A stretch of DNA of 64,000 bases, from positions 5,443 through 69,442 of the forward strand of contig CANMBF010000001.1 of the NCBI GenBank assembly GCA_947496065.1, in the 5' to 3' direction. Positions 16,633 to 24,037 of this stretch are shown here, piece by piece. The notes under the pieces were generated by a model. The model made no database searches, had not been told where the DNA came from, and saw only the letters and a list, made by a program, of their open reading frames with translations. Within the stretch, counting starts at the first letter, position 1, and each line of letters begins with the position of its first letter. Made by a program: the position numbers and the translations under genes. Origin of the DNA: Bacteroidota bacterium (GTDB lineage: Bacteria > Bacteroidota > Bacteroidia > NS11-12g > UBA955).

Positions 16633-19098
16633 CTAATTGACAGCGTTTTCGCCCTCATAAACATTAACACTTTGATTACTTGATATTTGCATAGATTCTA
16701 TTACAGCTGCATTAAAGTGATCGTTGGCTTGCATGTAAGCAACAGTTTTATAAGCATCAGCACCCATTCTACGCTTTTCTAATGAAGCAGTAAATCCAAG
16801 ATTTATTGAAGTGCATTTTAAATAGTTGGCTCTCAAAATTACTTGATATAGTGCCTGACGGTAAACATTTATTTCAAATTGTTCAGATTTATCGACGCCA
16901 ATGAAAATAGCATTGTACACATCGCCTGATTTGTAATTGAACACAACGGCTACTTCTTTTAGTTCATCCTTGGCTTCGCCAGTTTTTAGCTTAACAGATA
17001 AAACTTCCCAATTGGGTGAATTGGCTATATTTTCAAATAAGTTAATGGGTAAATCAAACGTATTCAGTTTAAAACTGCTCCCTTTAATTTGGTTATAAAG
17101 TTTAAACCAATGCTTAATTTGTTGATCTGTAGGATTTTTAACAACCTCACATTCTATTAAATTGACGTGTTTTAAAACTTGACCTCTAAAATGCTTTCTT
17201 GCTTTGTGGGTCAAAGAAGCGATAAATTCAGTTTCATTGGTCCAAGTTAATTCCTGGTGCACATTTCTCTCTGGCATTTGGGTTTTAAAATAGCCATTAC
17301 CTAACATCGCTTTATCTAATTCTGTATTGCCATCATCAAAATCTCTCAACATAATAGAACCCGCATTGTATTTTTTCATTAAGGCAGAGGCCATCCAATA
17401 CAATTCGTTAAACGCTTGTTTTTTATATTCACTTTTTTCATTGATATAGACATGTCCACCTTCTGTTAGCAATGAACCGGTCATTACCATTAAAGAAGTT
17501 AGATAATAGGGATCGCTTGTTTTTCTTATTATTTCAATTTTATGAGAAATGGTTTCATGAGAAAGCATGTCATCTTTGCACAAAGCAGTTGTAAAGAAAG
17601 TTGCTAGCACAACTCTTTGGCTTTTGTCCTTTACTATGAGATAGTCAAATTCCCAATTGTTTTCAATCAAACTATTGTTTTTAAATGTTTTTTCAAGAAA
17701 TAACAAGCCTTCATAGTCAAAACTACCTTTTCCTTGAAAAATCGCATTCCACTCTTCCTTCTTGATTTCGGAAATGGATTGGTACTTTTCTAGAATTAAA
17801 TTAGATGGCTTAATAATTGGCTGGAAGGTGTCTTCTGTATTCGTTTCGCCTGGATTATCAATCTTAAATGCTTTATATATTTGGTCTCTAGAAATATTTT
17901 GTTCAAGTAAAACCTCATCAAAATGTCTAGCCATGGAGGTGATCATACCTTCAATTTGTTTAAATGTGTGCAATCTAGTAATGGTAAATCTCACACCTGT
18001 ATTTTTCATTGGCACTGCTGGAAAAGCACCAAGATTTGTGTAATAACCATCATCTAGCATTCTTTTGATTAATTGGTAACCTACCTTTGGTAAACAAACA
18101 CCAATAAAGAATACGGGTGAGTTTAATTCCTTAATAAGCGGTAAGCCAGCCTTCTTAATCATTAGGTTGGCAAACTTGATATTTTCTTGCAAGTCTTCTT
18201 GCATTTTTATTATTTCATCGGATAAATGTATATCAGCTGCTGCTAATGCTGCTCCTAATGCTGCAGGCTGCATAGGTCCAGAAGTAATCATTGGACCGCC
18301 GCAAGTTCTTACTAGGCTTGCCATTTCTTCATTAGGAAAAATCATAGCACCACCACCACTTGCAAAGGCTTTGTTCAAACTTGTAGTCAAAACCATTCTT
18401 TCGTGCAAATCATGATTTTGAAGTACAAATCCTCTTCCATTCTTGCCGAAACTACTCATGCCATGCGCATCGTCAACATAAAAGTTAAACTTAGGGTATT
18501 TATCTAATAAGTCATATATGGCATCAATAGGCGCGCCATCACCATACATTGAATAAATACCATCTGCCATATACCAAACCTTTTCGTACTTCTTGCTAAG
18601 TTGGATAATTCTATCTTCTAATAAGTCCATTCTATTATGTCTCAGTAATTCGATGAGAATTCCTTTTGGCTTTAGAAGTGTTGTCGCTGTTTGAATAGAA
18701 CTGTGTACCTGGTGGTCTAGAACTACAGCATCTTTTTCTCCTATTATAACAGGTAATGTAGAGATGTGCCCCAACGTTGTCGTAGGAGTAACTACACAAT
18801 AACCTCCAAATAACTGGTTTAACTTAGATTCAAGTTGTTGATAATGTATGGAGGATAAATAAGCCCTTGAAGCTGAAAATTGTGTTCCGTAACCTTCCAA
18901 AGCTTTAATAGCGCCAGCCTTTAAACGCGGGTCAAATTCTAAACCAAGATAACTACAAGAGCTAAAATTGACTAGTTCTTTGTCGTTGATTTTTAGCATA
19001 TTACCTTCTAATATTTCATTAGAAACATTTAGATGTAAGATGCCACTGTTCTTTCCATCGGTAATCACGTCATTGATGGTTGTAAGAAAATTGTTCAT
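16633..19098 (-). CDS. Fusion protein: N-terminal PLP-dependent alpha-oxoamine synthase (BioF/Kbl/Spt/CqsA family) plus C-terminal FemAB/BioF2-like GNAT-fold acyltransferase domain
   Basis: 821 aa. The AOS part (about aa 40-400) has SCSYLGL, HSSIQ, YVDDAHGMSSFGKNGRG, and the PLP lysine in TTSLNKAFASGGG. The C-terminal ~380 aa (WN.IF......FDYEGL.FLE..., ...YRQALYQ.I..A......INLGFTA) resemble the DUF482/Acetyltransf_6 type. Confidence 0.8.
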   Translation of the reverse strand: MNNFLTTINDVITDGKNSGILHLNVSNEILEGNMLKINDKELVNFSSCSYLGLEFDPRLKAGAIKALEGYGTQFSASRAYLSSIHYQQLESKLNQLFGGYCVVTPTTTLGHISTLPVIIGEKDAVVLDHQVHSSIQTATTLLKPKGILIELLRHNRMDLLEDRIIQLSKKYEKVWYMADGIYSMYGDGAPIDAIYDLLDKYPKFNFYVDDAHGMSSFGKNGRGFVLQNHDLHERMVLTTSLNKAFASGGGAMIFPNEEMASLVRTCGGPMITSGPMQPAALGAALAAADIHLSDEIIKMQEDLQENIKFANLMIKKAGLPLIKELNSPVFFIGVCLPKVGYQLIKRMLDDGYYTNLGAFPAVPMKNTGVRFTITRLHTFKQIEGMITSMARHFDEVLLEQNISRDQIYKAFKIDNPGETNTEDTFQPIIKPSNLILEKYQSISEIKKEEWNAIFQGKGSFDYEGLLFLEKTFKNNSLIENNWEFDYLIVKDKSQRVVLATFFTTALCKDDMLSHETISHKIEIIRKTSDPYYLTSLMVMTGSLLTEGGHVYINEKSEYKKQAFNELYWMASALMKKYNAGSIMLRDFDDGNTELDKAMLGNGYFKTQMPERNVHQELTWTNETEFIASLTHKARKHFRGQVLKHVNLIECEVVKNPTDQQIKHWFKLYNQIKGSSFKLNTFDLPINLFENIANSPNWEVLSVKLKTGEAKDELKEVAVVFNYKSGDVYNAIFIGVDKSEQFEINVYRQALYQVILRANYLKCTSINLGFTASLEKRRMGADAYKTVAYMQANDHFNAAVIESMQISSNQSVNVYEGENAVN

Positions 19099-19124
19099 AA
19101 CTTATGGATAATTAATTATTGATA

Positions 19125-19132
19125 CAAAGATG
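19125..19132 (-). promoter_or_regulatory. Near-consensus -7 box (CATCTTTG) for the AOS-fusion gene
   Basis: 7/8 match to TAnnTTTG, 26 nt upstream of ATG 19098. Confidence 0.3.
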
Positions 19133-19171
19133 AGGGATTAAAATCATTAATCAAACAGTTTTCAACATTTT

Positions 19172-19189
19172 TTAGTATTTTTTTACTAG
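19172..19189. promoter_or_regulatory. Palindromic operator candidate TAGTA-tttttt-TACTA, copy A
   Basis: TAGTA (19173-19177), N6, TACTA (19184-19188). It lies 75-90 bp upstream of the fusion-gene ATG, roughly at -45 to -65 relative to the putative promoter. Confidence 0.5.
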
Positions 19190-19362
19190 GTCTATGTGTT
19201 TTTTTATCTAAGAATATGAAAATAAACAAATTACATATTTAAAAAAAAATTATAATTATAATTGCCTGTTTTCAAATGCTTTAATTTAATTTTTTTAGCA
19301 TTTTTACACTTTTTAACCCCTATATTTAACTATTTATAGCTTGTATTATTATCACTATTTAT

Positions 19363-19380
19363 CTAGTATTATAATACTAG
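19363..19380. promoter_or_regulatory. Perfect 18-bp palindrome CTAGTATTATAATACTAG (TAGTA-N6-TACTA), copy B
   Basis: Self-complementary over all 18 nt. It sits in the centre of the ~510-bp divergent intergenic region and can be read as a 7-2-7 inverted repeat. Confidence 0.55.
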
Positions 19381-19579
19381 TTTTTTTACATGTATTTTTA
19401 CTATAATTCTATTAATCATGTTTTTATAGTTATTTTATAAAAATTATAATTTTCATATAAAGACATCAAATTGCAAACCGGCCAAATTTGTTAATAAGAT
19501 GTTATTGGATTTAATGATGTGTTATTTTGAAAAAATCGTCGGGCAATTTGAAAAACAACAATAAAATTCATTTTATTCC

Positions 19580-19587
19580 TATATTTG
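19580..19587 (+). promoter_or_regulatory. -7 promoter box TATATTTG for the STAS/kinase/regulator operon
   Basis: Exact TAnnTTTG, 23 nt upstream of ATG 19611. This position argues against the longer track ORF start at 19527. Confidence 0.55.
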
Positions 19588-19610
19588 CATCTAATACAGC
19601 AAATATTAAA

Positions 19611-19997
19611 ATGACCAAAGCAATGGAAATTTATGAAAATCAACAAATTAAGATGGAAATTATAGATGGCATCATCCATGCCCACTACAAAGCAGGTCTT
19701 AAAATTACTTTACCAGATGCCAAAACAATCGTTGCAGAGCGATTGAATTTACTAAAAGCCAGAGTACTTCCTGGTCTTGTTTTGGATGGTGGTGTTGTAA
19801 GCATGGATAAAGCAGCCCGCGACTATTTTTCATCTCCAGAGGGAATTCAAGGTTTAAAATCAGTTGCCATTGTTGAAAATTCTTTCTTTAGCAAAATGTT
19901 AATTAACTTTTTCATGCGCATTACCAATGCCTCTATTAAAGTGAAAGCTTTTAGCAATGAGGCAGAAGCTTTGGAGTGGTTAAAAAAAGATGCTTAA
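19611..19997 (+). CDS. STAS/SpoIIAA-like small protein
   Basis: 128 aa from ATG 19611. The C-terminal pattern ...KSVAIVENSFFSKM..NFF.....A.IKVKAF.NE.EALEWL is typical of SpoIIAA-like/STAS proteins, which often precede sensor kinases in Bacteroidota. Confidence 0.55.
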   Translation: MTKAMEIYENQQIKMEIIDGIIHAHYKAGLKITLPDAKTIVAERLNLLKARVLPGLVLDGGVVSMDKAARDYFSSPEGIQGLKSVAIVENSFFSKMLINFFMRITNASIKVKAFSNEAEALEWLKKDA

Positions 19998-20043
19998 CCA
20001 AATTAAACCTCTAAAATAATTGACTGTATAAAAATAACTAGAC

Positions 20044-21201
20044 TTGAAAGATATTAATAATTTTGACTTGGACGAGCGCTTCATGCAGCTCGAAGATGTA
20101 CTACTAGCCTATTCACATGGAGATTTTTCAAAAAAACTCTCTATTTCTGATAGGTTAGATCCCATAGATACTGTGATGTCTGGAATAAACATGCTTGGAG
20201 AGGAACTTGAAGAGACAACTATAAAAAGGGACTTTTTTAACTCGGCGTTTCACTCTATTACAGATAGTTTAGTGGTGATTAATAATTCGGGTATTATTAT
20301 AGATTTAAACGAAAGTTTCATTTGTCTGCTTGAATTACAGAAAGAGGATATTATTGGCAAGAATTTAACAAGTTTTTTAAAGTTTAAAAGTTTTGAGAAG
20401 ACCATTCAATCCTTATATAAGAATCAAAAAACAATCGATTTCGAATCCGAAATTCAAACTTCGCAAGATAAAAAAATAATGGTTGAATGCCATGTTTCTG
20501 TGATTGATAATAACAAATGCCATTCTTTGGTAAAAATTCACGATTTAACCTATAAAATTCAACAGGAAGCATCAAGAATTGCCACCATTATTAAAACACA
20601 GGAAGAGGAAAGAAATCGAGTTGCCTCAGATTTACATGATAGCATTGGACAGCAAATATCTGCTTTAAAATTTTATTTTGATTCTATTCAAAAGCAAAAA
20701 GATGATAAGCTGAGAACAGTGCTTTTGAAAAAGACTGAATCTTTGATTGATAACGTGGCAGATGAAATCAGAAATATTTGCTTCCAATTAATGCCAAGAT
20801 CTGTTGAAAAATTTGGATTATCCGATTCTATTAAACAATTGGCCGACATCATTCAATTTAGTACTGGTATTCAATTTGATTTGAAATTACAAGAGTCAAA
20901 AATAAAAATTGACTCCAATGTTTCGATGTCTGTTTACAGAATTATACAAGAGTTTGTAAATAACTCTATTAAGCATGCCAAATGCAAGAATATAAAGGTT
21001 AATTTTGAGGTCAAACCAAAAGTATTAACGCTAATAATGATCGACGATGGTGTTGGTTTTGGAGAATCTACAAGTAAAAGAAAAGGCAATGGATTAGACA
21101 ACATTAACTTGCGGGTCAAATACCTAAATGGAGAAGTTGAATTCATTTCAGAAAAAGATAAGGGCGTTATATTGAATATTAGCATACCTTTGAACTTATA
21201 A
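20044..21201 (+). CDS. Cytoplasmic sensor histidine kinase (PAS + HisKA_3 + HATPase_c, NarX/DegS class)
   Basis: 385 aa with a TTG start and no TM segments. It has a PAS-like block (FHSITDSLVVINNSGIIIDLNESF...IGKN), the H-box EERNRVASDLHDSIGQQ, the N-box IIQEFVNNSIKHA, and the G-box DDGVGF...GNGL.N. Confidence 0.8.
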   Translation: MKDINNFDLDERFMQLEDVLLAYSHGDFSKKLSISDRLDPIDTVMSGINMLGEELEETTIKRDFFNSAFHSITDSLVVINNSGIIIDLNESFICLLELQKEDIIGKNLTSFLKFKSFEKTIQSLYKNQKTIDFESEIQTSQDKKIMVECHVSVIDNNKCHSLVKIHDLTYKIQQEASRIATIIKTQEEERNRVASDLHDSIGQQISALKFYFDSIQKQKDDKLRTVLLKKTESLIDNVADEIRNICFQLMPRSVEKFGLSDSIKQLADIIQFSTGIQFDLKLQESKIKIDSNVSMSVYRIIQEFVNNSIKHAKCKNIKVNFEVKPKVLTLIMIDDGVGFGESTSKRKGNGLDNINLRVKYLNGEVEFISEKDKGVILNISIPLNL

Positions 21202-21205
21202 CATT

Positions 21206-21922
21206 ATGCAAAAACTAGTAAAAATATTGATTGTAGATGACCATCCAATGATTAGAGATGGTTTAAAAACCATGCTTGAGATAGGATGTGAAGACATGGT
21301 TTTCAAAGTATTTGATTGCGATAATACTGAAGAAGCTGTTGAGTATCTAAAAAATGAAAAAATGAAAGTCGCTTTAGTTGATTATCAGTTAATTGATCTT
21401 GATGGTGCCTTAGTTACTTCAGCGCTAATGGAAGTGAACCCCAAAATTAACATTTTAGGCATTTCAAATTATAATGAAATAAACCACATTCATGATATGT
21501 TAAAGGCCGGAGCAAAAGGTTATACGTTAAAAAATATTTCTTCAGAAAACCTTTTTAACGGTATAAAAATCTTATTGAATGGCGGAACATTCTTCTCTCC
21601 AGAGGTAGCGCATCTGCTAGCCAATCAGTACTATAAAAAATTAACTGAAAAATCAGGTAAAAAGAAAGGCCCTAACTTCATTAGCAATTCTGAACAAACT
21701 GATGGCAACGAGCTTTTAGATAGACTTTCAAAAAGAGAAATAGAAATTTTAACATGCATTGCAAACGAAATGACGAATGAGGAAATTGCGGTAAAACTTG
21801 AATTAAGCAAAAGAACAGTCGACAACCACCGTCAAAACATGTTGAATAAACTTAAAGTAAAAAACTCTATGGGGTTACTACTTATAGCAATGAAAGCTGG
21901 TTTATTGGAATACAAAAAGTAG
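21206..21922 (+). CDS. NarL/FixJ(LuxR)-family response regulator
   Basis: 238 aa. The REC domain has ILIVDDHPMIRDGL, ..LVDYQL.DLDG, and KAGAKGY. A long basic linker follows, then the GerE HTH LSKREIEILTCIANEMTNEEIA..L.LS.RTVDNHRQN...KL. Confidence 0.85.
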   Translation: MQKLVKILIVDDHPMIRDGLKTMLEIGCEDMVFKVFDCDNTEEAVEYLKNEKMKVALVDYQLIDLDGALVTSALMEVNPKINILGISNYNEINHIHDMLKAGAKGYTLKNISSENLFNGIKILLNGGTFFSPEVAHLLANQYYKKLTEKSGKKKGPNFISNSEQTDGNELLDRLSKREIEILTCIANEMTNEEIAVKLELSKRTVDNHRQNMLNKLKVKNSMGLLLIAMKAGLLEYKK

Positions 21923-21957
21923 CACCTAATTATTTTACACCTTTTATTAAATGCTAG

Positions 21958-21988
21958 GTTTTATGCCTATTTGTCATAAAACTTTATT
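21958..21988 (+). terminator. Terminator-like hairpin after the response-regulator gene
   Basis: GTTTTATG-cctatttgt-CATAAAAC (8-bp stem) followed by TTTATT. Confidence 0.45.
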
Positions 21989-22017
21989 AGCATCAATATT
22001 GTTATTATTTAACCGTC

Positions 22018-22716
22018 ATGAACAAATCAAATGAATTTCAAAAATATGCCACTGGGCATTTAGGCATTAACAGCCTCACTCTCGATCGTTATATTCAAAA
22101 TGCTACTCCACAAGTCATAACGAATTTAACACCTAATATTATTGAAGAAAGGCCCTTAAATATTGCGGCAATGGATATTTTTTCAAGATTAATGATGGAT
22201 AGAATTATATTTCTTGGTGTACCTATTAACGATGAGGTAGCCAATATCGTTATGGGTCAACTTTTATTTTTAGAAAGCACCAATCCAAACAGAGACATTC
22301 AAATTTATATCAATAGTCCAGGAGGCAGTGTATATGCAGGCTTAGGAATATATGATACGATGCAATTTATTACCAGTAATGTAGCAACTATTTGTACAGG
22401 AATTGCAGCGAGTATGGCTGCTGTGCTGATGTGTGCCGGCGAAAAAGGTAAAAGAACTGCTCTAAAACACAGCCGTGTAATGATTCACCAACCATTAGGC
22501 GGTGTTCAAGGACAGGCAACAGAAATAGAAATAACTTACAGAGAAATTTCAAAGTTAAAAACAGAGCTTTATGATATTATCGCGCACCATAGCGGACAAA
22601 CATTCGAAAAAGTTGAAAAAGATAGCGATAGAGACTATTGGATGACTTCTGAAGAGGCAAAAGCGTATGGTATGGTCGATGATATTCTTATACGCAGCAA
22701 AGACAAAGTAAAATAA
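22018..22716 (+). CDS. clpP: ATP-dependent Clp protease proteolytic subunit
   Basis: 232 aa. It has RIIFLG..I.D..AN....QLLFLES, the catalytic Ser in GIAASMAAVL, and the His in RVMIHQP.GG. Confidence 0.9.
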   Translation: MNKSNEFQKYATGHLGINSLTLDRYIQNATPQVITNLTPNIIEERPLNIAAMDIFSRLMMDRIIFLGVPINDEVANIVMGQLLFLESTNPNRDIQIYINSPGGSVYAGLGIYDTMQFITSNVATICTGIAASMAAVLMCAGEKGKRTALKHSRVMIHQPLGGVQGQATEIEITYREISKLKTELYDIIAHHSGQTFEKVEKDSDRDYWMTSEEAKAYGMVDDILIRSKDKVK

Positions 22717-23954
22717 TGGCAAGTAAAAAATCAGGTTCCTTTTGTTCTTTTTGTGGCAAACCCAAAGAAGAGGCAACAATGTTAATTTCAGGCATTGAGG
22801 CCAATATTTGTGATGCTTGCGTTGAACAAGCTTCTAAAATTGTAGATGTTGAATTGGGAGGAGTGGCCAAAAAAAGAACCTCAAAGGATAGCGATTTTAA
22901 AATAAACTTACCAAAGCCAAATGAAATTAAAAAACATTTGGATGAATACGTCATTGGTCAAGATCAAGCCAAAAAAGTATTAGCCGTGGCTGTATACAAT
23001 CACTACAAAAGAGTGATGCACAACCCAAATAATGAGGACATCGAGATTGAAAAATCAAATGTATTAATGGTTGGGGAAACTGGAACTGGTAAAACTTTAC
23101 TGGTTCGAACACTCGCCAAAGCATTAAAGGTGCCTTTTTGTATTGCAGATGCAACGGTTCTTACTGAAGCAGGATATGTTGGAGAAGATGTCGAAAGTGT
23201 CATCTCTCGCTTATACCAAGCATCAGATTATGATCTTGAAGCAACTCAACGCGGTATTGTTTACATTGATGAAATAGATAAAATTGCGCGTAAGGGCGAT
23301 AATCCATCTATTAGTCGTGATGTGAGCGGTGAAGGTGTTCAACAGGGTTTATTAAAGTTGTTAGAGGGCACTGTTGCTAATATTGCACCAGAAGGCGGTA
23401 GAAAGCATCCTGATCAAAAATTTGTTAAAATTGATACGCGCAACATTTTATTTATATGTGGGGGGGCTTTTAATGGAATCGAAAAGTTAATTGCACGCAG
23501 ATTAAATAATTCATCGGTTGGATTTTTAACACAAGGGAAAGAAAGAATAATGGATATCAACCTTATTGAACAAATCGCCCCAACAGACTTAAAGAGTTTT
23601 GGCTTAATTCCAGAAATCATCGGTAGAATGCCTATGATTACTTTCTTACAGCCATTGGACAGAGAAGCCCTTAAAAATATTTTAATTAAACCAAAAAATG
23701 CGTTACTGAAGCAATATATCAAATTAATGGAAATTGAAGGGATATTATTAGACTTTGATAAAAAAGCAATTGAGCTAATTGTTAGCAAAGCAGTTGAATT
23801 TAAATTAGGTGCGCGAGGTCTTCGCACTATTTGCGAAAAATTGATGTTAGATGTGATGTTTGACGCACCTTCTAAAAATGATAAAGCCATTACAATAACA
23901 GCCGATATGGTGGTCGAAAAGTTGGCCGACCTTGATGCTTCGAAAGCAGCATAA
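22716..23954 (+). CDS. clpX: ATP-dependent Clp protease ATP-binding subunit ClpX
   Basis: 412 aa. It has the C4 zinc finger CSFCGK...CDAC, Walker A GETGTGKT, Walker B VYIDEIDK, and the pore loop GYVGEDVE. Confidence 0.92.
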   Translation: MASKKSGSFCSFCGKPKEEATMLISGIEANICDACVEQASKIVDVELGGVAKKRTSKDSDFKINLPKPNEIKKHLDEYVIGQDQAKKVLAVAVYNHYKRVMHNPNNEDIEIEKSNVLMVGETGTGKTLLVRTLAKALKVPFCIADATVLTEAGYVGEDVESVISRLYQASDYDLEATQRGIVYIDEIDKIARKGDNPSISRDVSGEGVQQGLLKLLEGTVANIAPEGGRKHPDQKFVKIDTRNILFICGGAFNGIEKLIARRLNNSSVGFLTQGKERIMDINLIEQIAPTDLKSFGLIPEIIGRMPMITFLQPLDREALKNILIKPKNALLKQYIKLMEIEGILLDFDKKAIELIVSKAVEFKLGARGLRTICEKLMLDVMFDAPSKNDKAITITADMVVEKLADLDASKAA

Positions 23955-23965
23955 ACTTACAAAAA

Positions 23966-23991
23966 GGGCCTGAAATTCAGGCCCTTTTTTA
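23966..23991 (+). terminator. Rho-independent terminator after clpX
   Basis: GGGCCTGA-aat-TCAGGCCC followed by TTTTTT. Confidence 0.8.
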
Positions 23992-24012
23992 TTAAATACC
24001 CTCGATTTCGCC

Positions 24013-24020
24013 TACCTTTG
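24013..24020 (+). promoter_or_regulatory. -7 promoter box TACCTTTG upstream of the helicase gene
   Basis: Exact TAnnTTTG, 17 nt before GTG 24038. Confidence 0.5.
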
Positions 24021-24037
24021 CAGACTAATAAATACCT

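Noticed and set aside
16439-16636. A 65-aa plus-strand ORF antisense to the small ORF downstream of the fusion gene
   Set aside because: The terminator at 16233-16264 is oriented for minus-strand transcription, and the region has no plus-strand promoter box. The minus-strand ORF is the more plausible of the two weak candidates.
19099-19610. A riboswitch or other structured leader in the long AT-rich region upstream of the AOS-fusion gene
   Set aside because: The sequence is about 80% A+T, with T-runs and no extended GC-supported helices. I recognised no riboswitch consensus. I interpret it as divergent promoter/operator DNA instead.
22018-23954. clpP-clpX considered as part of the neighbouring regulatory module (a protease-controlled switch)
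   Set aside because: A terminator-like hairpin (21958-21988) separates them from the response-regulator gene, and clpP-clpX is a universally conserved housekeeping pair. Nothing in the sequence links them to the module.
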